A DNA stretch of 20,000 bases from Paramecium tetraurelia (lineage: Eukaryota): positions 45,946 to 65,945 of the forward strand of contig CT868671.1 in NCBI GenBank assembly GCA_000165425.1. Reading direction: 5' to 3'. Positions 12,386 through 20,000 of the stretch are shown piece by piece (within the stretch, counting starts at the first letter, position 1; each line of letters starts with the position of its first letter). The notes beneath the pieces are model-generated. The model did not search any database, was not told the origin of the DNA, and was given only the letters and a program-made list of their open reading frames with translations. The position numbers and the translations under genes were made by a program.

Positions 12386-13211
12386 GTAATACTTTAATAA
12401 AATTATTTCGATTGAAATTAAATGACCTTCATAGTCCTTCTATTCAATTATAAATTTAAATAATCTTTTTTATGAAAATTATAAATACTATACTCATTTC
12501 ATCTGATTGAAACTTCTTACTTTTTCTTTTATTCAATTATCATAATTAATTATTATACAATATTATTCATATTGATTTCTAGAAACTACTTTTGATAAGA
12601 AGATATTGAAAATAGATTTTTCATAAACTTAATAATCAATACTAATTTTAATATTTGGAATTTAGGATCATAATAATTTATAAGGCAATTGACAATAAAT
12701 TTCATTTCATTTAGAGTATATAATCATTGTAGTTGTTGACGTATTTTGCATTAGATTGAAATTATTAGATCATATCCATTTATGATTAAATGATTTGATC
12801 ATATGCTAATTATTCTTAATATATCGCAAATCAATAATAAGAATCAAAATAAAAAGAATAGAAAACTTTAAAGAAAAACTACTGTTTATCAAAATTAACA
12901 ATTTCTACTTTGATTGGAGATAACTAGGAACATGAATTTTAAGATTGTTGCTTCATCATTAAAGAAAATTAAGAATTTATCTATATAATAGTAATATTTG
13001 ATAGTAGTAATCTTTTTTTGATTTATTATACTATTAATAGAACCATCAAATGATAATCTGAAATATCACTCTGTGGGAGATTGAAATTGTGAGAAGATTA
13101 TGATTTAATGTAATTTGGAGGAGGAATATTTAAGAAAATGAATTTTGAGTATAAAATGAAGGATTATAAACCAAATTATGAAACCCGTTTTTTAGATAAT
13201 TAAATTAAATT

Positions 13212-14347
13212 ATGAGAGCAATCATCGCAATTTGCTTATTGTCAGCTGTATTTGCTATAGACACAAATAAATTTGCTGTGCTTCTTCAAGCTGGTACCAG
13301 AGGAAATGATGCTGTTGAATCTGTTTACAATCTCTTAAGAGACCTCAAGACAGAGAATGTTTAAGTTTAAGCTGCTGCAGACAAAAAGAATAACACAGAC
13401 GAAGGTAATAAAATAACATTATCTCTTCTTAGAAATCTTTTCTTAAGTCATTAGTGATTTGACAAATGTTGCCTCCCTCAATAAATAATAATGGGAAGCT
13501 CTTGGTGCAGTCAGAGGAGATGTTGAAGCCTAAGTCAGAGTATGATTATTTAATAAATACTAAAAGGATGGATATTAATGGTTGGCATGGGCTGAATCCA
13601 GACTTGCTGAAATTGAAAGAAGAAATGCATAACTCTAAGATTAAAGATGTTGGGCCAATGGACTCTTTGTTAAATCACTTGCTGATCATGCTGATGCCAT
13701 CGGTGTAGTCACCCTCTTGACTCAAGATGTTGCTGGTTTCCTTACAAATAATGCTGGAGTCGAACTTGTTGAGAAAGCCCAAACAATCGCTGACAAATTG
13801 TCTGCATACAGCCACCTTTTCTAATAAGATGCCCTCTAGAAATTCCAATCCCTTGCCGAAGTTAAGAGAGAAGGAACCACAGGAGAATAAGTCCTTTCAA
13901 TCTTATAAGATTTACAAGGTGAATTAGAATCAACCCTTGCCACTTTATAAGAATAAGAAATTCATGCAGCTTTCGCTCTTGCCAAATACGTTTCAGACAC
14001 AAATGCCGAGGTTGCTTGGTTGAACTCTGAACACGAAAGAAGAACCAATCTTGTTGAAAAATTGGAAACAGTATCAATTCTATCTTATAAATCAAGTAAC
14101 TCCCAGCTGTTTTGGCCTAATAAGCTAAAGCTCTTAAATTATGGAAAGATTCTTTGAATGCAGTTGCTGGTGCCACAGCTGATCTTGAAGAAAAGAGAGA
14201 ATTCTATGCTGCTGAAACAGTCAGAAGACAAGGTAATAATACAATCAAATATTTCTAGAGGAAAATGCAATCATCGATGTCGTTATCCAACTTTTCAAAG
14301 ATTAAGTTAGATCATTGGCTTCATAAACATCCCTAAAAAGACATTGA
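13212..14347 (+). CDS. Trichocyst matrix protein precursor (TMP; related to Tetrahymena granule lattice proteins), 342 aa
   Basis: Signal peptide MRAIIAICLLSAVFA followed by heptad/coiled-coil blocks (DAVESVYNLLRDLKTEN; GEQVLSILQDLQGEL; RRQEENAIIDVVIQLF) and a basic site VKREG. Four introns: 13405-13432 (28), 13540-13566 (27), 14071-14096 (26), 14233-14258 (26). The spliced CDS is 1029 nt, clean, ending in TGA 14345-14347. Confidence 0.9.
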
Positions 14348-14472
14348 TGGATTATTCATATAAGAATTTACCTTAATCATTCTAAAATTCTATATTCCCT
14401 TTATATTTAAATATAACAATTATAATTTGATAATAAAAATTCACTTGATTGATGGGGTTCGGCTTGATATTT

Positions 14473-15795
14473 TCAACCTTCTGTTTGATTAGCTTCCTCA
14501 TCACTCTCGAGACATTCATTAAAAGAATATAATAACTAATTATCAGTCTCTTTAATACTAGAAGGATTAAAAGGAGAACAAACTTATAGTTTTTTATACA
14601 ATAAGACAAATTCTGTAATATCTTAAATTTTGGGATTTTGTTTAAAACCGTCCTAATTTTATTCTTAATTGAGGATTTAACTTTTTCCTTTTTAATGATT
14701 TTAATAAAAATGAACGTATAGATCTTAGCTTTTCTCATCCTCCATGATTTTAAAATTTTAATTACCCAATAAAAAGGTCGGACATATGAATTAAGCAAGC
14801 TATTATAAATATAGCTAACCTTTTTCCCATACGTCATATAACCCTTTTTTTGTGTAAAATGTATCAAAATCATCTGGATGGATATTAATATTACATTTCT
14901 AACATTTAGGTGGTTATGAAGGATCAAAAGTTATAATATGCATCAACTCATCTTTCTTTTCAAACTGACATAATGTACTGAATATAAAATAATATGATGT
15001 CGGAGTAATAGTGACTTGGTCTAAATTACGATATTCGAACTTTGAATTTTAATATTAGTTTATCTATGTGTCATTCTCATTCATATTTCTTAACTATATT
15101 ATTATTCCTTTATTTATAACCTCATCAGGAGGATGCACATCAAATAAATGTAATTCATATTCTTTATTAATTTCCAGGCCATTATCAATTTTTTAAATAG
15201 TTTAGGTATTTATTAACAGATTCATCGATTTTGTTTGATTTGAGGAGAAGAAAGGTGAGATTTAATTCTAAACTATAAAAAAGTTACACCTATTAGGATA
15301 GATATAAATATCATAGTTATCTGAATCAGATCTTAATTTCAATTTTTAGAGGATCTCCCAAAATAATAATGTAAGTAATAACTCAGCCTGAAATTCCTCA
15401 TCTAAGAATTCATTATCAAAAAAATCAACATTTCCAGAATAATTCAGATGTTCGAATAAATTCTTCTAGTTAGTGAACTACGGATTAAAAATAATTCTTT
15501 AATTTAGGGATGCTATTATTGGATGATCTATCTTCATTTTTGTGACAGAGTCATATTTTATATCAAGTTTAAATGCAGAGGGAAATTGAATTTTTTTCTC
15601 CATCAACTTAGTTTTAAATTTCTTGCAATTTAAGGCAAATTTTTCCAATGTCAAAGAGATTAAGGTGTCCAAAGTTACTTATTCTAAAGTAGGATTTAAA
15701 GTTATATAAAAGCTGTTGTCCTTTTGTGTGGATTTTTTAAGAAGATTATAAGGAATTAAAGGATCGGCAATTATATTAACACATTTTTTTTACAT
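14473..15795 (-). CDS. Hypothetical protein, 440 aa, apparently intronless; contains a CxxC motif
   Basis: ATG 15795 (MQKKCVNIIADPLIPY...) is open under code 6 for 1323 nt to TGA 14473-14475. No family recognised. The true C-terminus may extend further in another frame. Confidence 0.75.
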
Positions 15796-16571
15796 AAAAT
15801 AAAAAATAAAAAAATAATCTAATATTTAAAATAATACCTAGACATTTTACAATTTTTTTTTCTTTCTGTCAATTAGAAAGCAAATATGGATCTTTACTTC
15901 CAATTTTTTACTTAAATAGAATTTTATTCTATTTCTATTAAATGGAATCGTAAAATTTAACTATTTAATTATAATGTTTTATCTAAAAATCTATATTTGA
16001 ACCTCAATCTCTGATAAGTTGATTAGGGTAAAGTGATTCAATAATTCCAACGGGAACATTTAATGACTTAGTATTTTTCAAGTTGTCAAAAGAATCCTCC
16101 TCGATAAAACAAATCCCCAAAATCTAGAAGTAGGTATCTTAAAGTTAGGGTTTTATGTAATTGTTGTGTAAAAATTGTAAAACATGCCAATAAGAATGAA
16201 TTTTATTTTGGGTAATCTTGAAATTCTCATCCAGGTTTTAAACCGAAAACTATCGATAGAAAGAAAGAATAGAATTTTGGATAATTCCCTTGGATTTAGA
16301 GACCCAAGAGTTTCAATAATATTTATCTAAAAATAATTTAATTTCCAAATGAATGACTTTAGTACATTAGCAAAATATTTAAATTTAAATAGCTATGACA
16401 GTAATATACTTAATTCATGTCATATTAAACAAGGAAAATTATTTAATAGAAAGAGAACAGAGGTATATTAAAAGGAATGATAAAATGTTGTTAAACATAT
16501 TCAAGTTAGCATTATTTAGCACATATTATACTATGAAATCTGTATTAATTTATAAGAAATATTCTTATATT

Positions 16572-17204
16572 TCAATCAAAAGGAGAGTAATCATACTCAG
16601 CCTTGTTATGCATAACTAACTGTTCACCTACAAAATAAAAACTGTCTGATTTAGTTTGAAATGGATTGTCGATCATTTCTTATCTCTAATTAAGGGAATG
16701 ATTAATTTATATACCATTGCTTCATCAATCTCTGGGATGGTGTAAATGTGTTCCCATGTATTTGTTGAATTTGGAATGCAAAAAAGGAAATTAAAATTCA
16801 TAACTTCTCAATAAATGATCTCTAAAATAATGTCTTTCAATAATTGTGAAATTCTTGACTGGCTGATTCCCGACTGAGAAGGATCAATTGTGCTCCCACT
16901 GTTTTCAATTCAAAAAATTATGGACCAAAGTGGTATTTAATTCTTCTAGCCTCATCCTAATATTCTGGTGGAAGGTTTTCTTATTATGTTTAATTTATTA
17001 TTTTACCTATGGGCTCCTCATCTTAATCACGCTCAACCTCAAATAGAGTTTAACCTGAATCCATATCTCTGATTCTAAATTTAAGAAATTGGATATTGTA
17101 AATGTTTGCATTCACAGGACACAAGAAACTATCATTTACATACTCAAATACTCTTGTGTTATTCCATTTAAACTTCTAACATATTCTGTTGTCACCTACT
17201 ACAT
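16572..17204 (-). CDS. UNC119: UNC119 homolog (myristoyl-cargo carrier, GMP-PDE delta family), ~183 aa; two +1 frameshifts in this sequence
   Basis: [118 protein letters not shown]. Introns: 17129-17151 (23), 16980-17006 (27), 16686-16714 (29). One extra base at 16881-16882 and one at 16780-16785. Confidence 0.93.
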
Positions 17205-17235
17205 TATTTTTATTTATTAATTTATTATTTATAAA

Positions 17236-19287
17236 TCACAGCTTTGGCATCTCTCTAAGTTATCTTGTTAATGATCTTAATTTATTTTAGTACTCTTCAT
17301 TGTTTACCGAACTTAATTTGGCACTTTGCAATAACTTTTCATAGGGCTTGGCATCTACTAAATCTGATCTTAAAGCATTGTCATTGAATTTAAATGACTA
17401 TCGATAAATTATTAATCTTACTTCAACAAGTCCAAGTAAATCTGGTTTTAAAAGAGTGAAGATATGTTCTTTTGCATTTAAGATGATTTCTAATTACTCC
17501 CCATTCAAAAATCCTCCTTCGAAATATCCTATTGGCCAATCAATAATTCTTTGTAAACCATACAAGCAACATAAATTGGATAGGACTGATCTAATGTTCT
17601 CATCCTAAACTCTAAAATTAATTAATACTTTTACTTTATTAATGTATCTAAGAATGTTTTAAATGTCCAATAATAAGTATGAGCAATGGAAGCTGTCAGT
17701 TATTGATACACCTACATGTTTGTTCCATGCTTCTTTGGGTCCATGTTCACCAGCTAATTATTCATAAATTCATAATGATACCTTTTTCCATCATTTTAAG
17801 CATCATTTTATTGACATAAAAGGCTGCATGTAATCTCATTAATTTTCTGATGATTTCAGGACATAACAATTATTCAGCTCTTGTGAAAGTAGCTTTTTAT
17901 GATAAAGTTTATTAAATATTATAGAGATATTCAACATTTTCATTTATTGGTTAGTGTTTTTATGCTTTATTACAAGCTTTTAATAAGTATCTGCCTGTTT
18001 ATAGTAATAGAACAGTATTTTCTCCTTCATAAGTGCAACTTGGAGCAAATTCTGTTTGAATACTAACAACACCTGAAGATTATAAAAATCCATGTCCACC
18101 TAAAGATTGTCTAATTTTATCTAAGCCAAAATGAGTATTCCAAGTATAAACAGCCTTACAACAACATAATAGTGCATGTAAGTCTCCCATTAATGAAAAA
18201 TCGTTCTTTTCAGTGATTCTTTTTAGATTTTCTGTTAAAATTTCTCTAATTCTTAAACATCCAAAGCCTTAGGCATAACAATCTGCTATCAATGGAATTA
18301 ATTTATCTTATTGAGTTTAATAATCAATAATAGGTCTTTCAATACCATTTTTATCTTTAAATTATCTTCTAAAATGAGAATACTTAACTCCAATAGCTAA
18401 TCCTTATGCTAAAGAGACATAGGTATTATGAATGATTGAGGTTCTTACTTACATCATGGTGGCATATCCAATCTTTTCATTTTGTGCCTTAATGAATTCA
18501 CCAGCTTTGCTTACTTTGGAATACCTCATTAGCATTTATTCTCTAGGAATTCTAACATTGTTCATTCTGAGATAACCATTATCTTTAGTGTTATAACCAT
18601 ATTTTGGTCCTACATCTCCAACTTCAATTCCTTTGAGTGGTAGATGAGTATGTGTGTCTCTGACTTAGACAATAAATGTTTAGACTCCATAATGTTTTCC
18701 ATTAATGAACAATTAAGCATGAGTCACAGCATGTGTAGCTGTCAATCCCAAGTCTCCAATCCACCATTTGGTAGATGAAATAGTTGGTGAGTTGAGAATG
18801 AATTCTTCTGTATTTTTATCATAAACAGCAGTAGTTTCCAAACTTTAGACATCTGAGCCATGACCCAATTCAGTTTGAGCATAGCATCCCACAATCTCAT
18901 AATTTTAGGAAGGAGGAACCCATTTCTCTATTTACTTTTCAGTTCCCAAATATTTGATTGTGGGTATAAACATGGTTTAATGTAACACAGTCACCACAGT
19001 TTCTGGGAATTGACTGTTCACCATACCTGGAATCATCTCATCGCTATAGTTAAGTAATTTGTGTAGTTTATAGGCCTTCTTGCAATAGATTTCAAATAAT
19101 TTATCTCTGCTTTATCCATAATCTGCTACATTATTTTACAATATTGGATCTTTAGCAATCAACTCTTATACTTTTATCCACCTATCTTATTAACCAGTAT
19201 TTACTTATGATAATTCTCTTTATATAATAGTTATCCCATGTCGTCTGGGTTAAATGAACACTTTACCAAGTCTTAAGATGATGACAT
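17236..19287 (-). CDS. ACOX: Peroxisomal acyl-CoA oxidase, ~650 aa
   Basis: [51 protein letters not shown], catalytic TYEGENTVL and C-terminal PKL (PTS1-like). Introns: 19182-19204 (23), 17754-17781 (28), 17612-17634 (23), 17398-17421 (24). Probable extra base at 17700-17701. Confidence 0.95.
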
Positions 19288-19401
19288 TTCAATAATATTA
19301 TATTACTTATATTTTTGTTCCTCTTTTTATAATATTAAATTGCAAACGCACTAAAAAATGAAATGACGCTTAATAATTTATTATTATTTATTAAATAGTA
19401 T

Positions 19402-20000
19402 TCACAATTTTTATGAATCAACTACTTAGGTTAATTGTTGGCTAGTTTGGGTCCCAAAGTTACTTTCAGATAAATCTTCCTAATATTCTAATTTGCAGCC
19501 ATTGATCCTTATCTTCGTAAATATCTCAGTAAAGCAATAACACAGAGCATCCAGCAGACCAAGTATGTTGCAGAAAAACTACGATAAGTATTACCATAAA
19601 ATAGATTATGGATTAAATTGTTGAACTAAGCCAGGCTACAGGATAACTAAAGTAAGATTACAATCACCCAGCAAATGAATAATATTGTTGGATAAAGAAA
19701 CAATGCAAAAACTTATGTTTTGTTTGTAAAATCTGTTATATGCTTTAATATTCTTCTTACAACTAATGTTATTATTATTAAGTTATATAGAAATGCTACC
19801 CAAATCGGCAAATAATAACACAAAGTTATGTACAAATCATAAGATCTCCTCTCCAACCTCATGTTATAAAAGCAATTTGTTGATTCCATCGGATATGTCA
19901 CTCCATATCCATCAACATAAAATGGTCTATATACAATATTAAACATAAATTTACATAAAACTGATTATTGTTGGAATCACATAACCAACAAATATGTACT
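19402..20000 (-). CDS. cAMP-receptor-like (Dictyostelium cAR / GCR1-type) 7TM GPCR, 3' portion (TM4-TM7)
   Basis: YIFVGYVIPTIISFIPFYVDGYG...C...YYLPIWVAFLYNLIII...FLYPTILFICWVIPG...LGLLDALCYCFT, ending TGA 19402-19404. Introns: 19927-19954 (28) and 19636-19661 (26). The start lies beyond the window. Confidence 0.85.

Noticed and set aside
13040..13200. Possible C/D snoRNA or micro-ORF upstream of the TMP gene
   Set aside because: The TGATAA..CTGA spacing is too short, no terminal stem is visible, and the ORFs are very short.
14382..14927. 181-aa supplied ORF as the real gene
   Set aside because: It is off-frame to the 440-codon code-6 ORF on the same strand and is I/K/L-rich; only its last ~45 codons might be real.
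2473..16619. Supplied ORFs 2473-2685, 3235-3417, 4410-4670, 5866-6078, 6180-6434, 9600-9800, 13466-13708, 13727-13927, 13862-14095 and 16395-16619 as independent genes
   Set aside because: They were computed with TAA/TAG as stops and are antisense or off-frame shadows of real code-6 genes, or low-complexity AT-rich frames.
829..17701. Euplotes-type programmed +1 frameshifting or TGA readthrough as the explanation for the frame breaks
   Set aside because: TAA/TAG are sense codons here, the sites share no AAA-stop motif, and TGA is the normal terminator in every gene end seen.
16572..20000. UNC119 and GPCR as a functional signalling cluster
   Set aside because: They are separated by an unrelated ACOX gene, and nothing in the sequence supports co-regulation.
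1..20000. Prokaryotic features (CRISPR, operons, IS elements), rRNA/tRNA genes and telomeric repeats
   Set aside because: None seen; the window is intron-containing ciliate DNA with no spaced repeat array, cloverleaf or C4A2/C3A3 tracts.

Overview
Very AT-rich, gene-dense eukaryotic DNA from a ciliate, most likely the Paramecium macronuclear genome. Long frames open only when TAA/TAG are read as Gln (translation table 6, TGA the only stop), introns are tiny (21-29 nt GT..AG), and a trichocyst matrix protein gene is present. The supplied ORF track uses the wrong code and is mostly fragments or antisense shadows. Hand translation gives eight genes: (1) an importin-alpha-like protein with an IBB-like motif (-, runs off the left edge); (2) a PX-domain pseudokinase (+); (3) a ~9 kb IP3-receptor/RyR-type Ca2+ release channel (-); (4) a trichocyst matrix protein precursor (+); (5) a 440-aa hypothetical protein (-); (6) UNC119 (-); (7) peroxisomal acyl-CoA oxidase (-); (8) a cAMP-receptor-like GPCR (-, runs off the right edge). 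Notable points: about nine frameshift sites across four otherwise intact genes (most likely assembly indels, but checkable); a channel with a GGVGG filter and degenerate IP3-binding residues; a 16-bp TTAA-bounded inverted repeat plus a 16-bp direct repeat in one divergent promoter; and extreme gene packing (6 bp and 31 bp gaps). I found no convincing evidence of a wholly new biological system.
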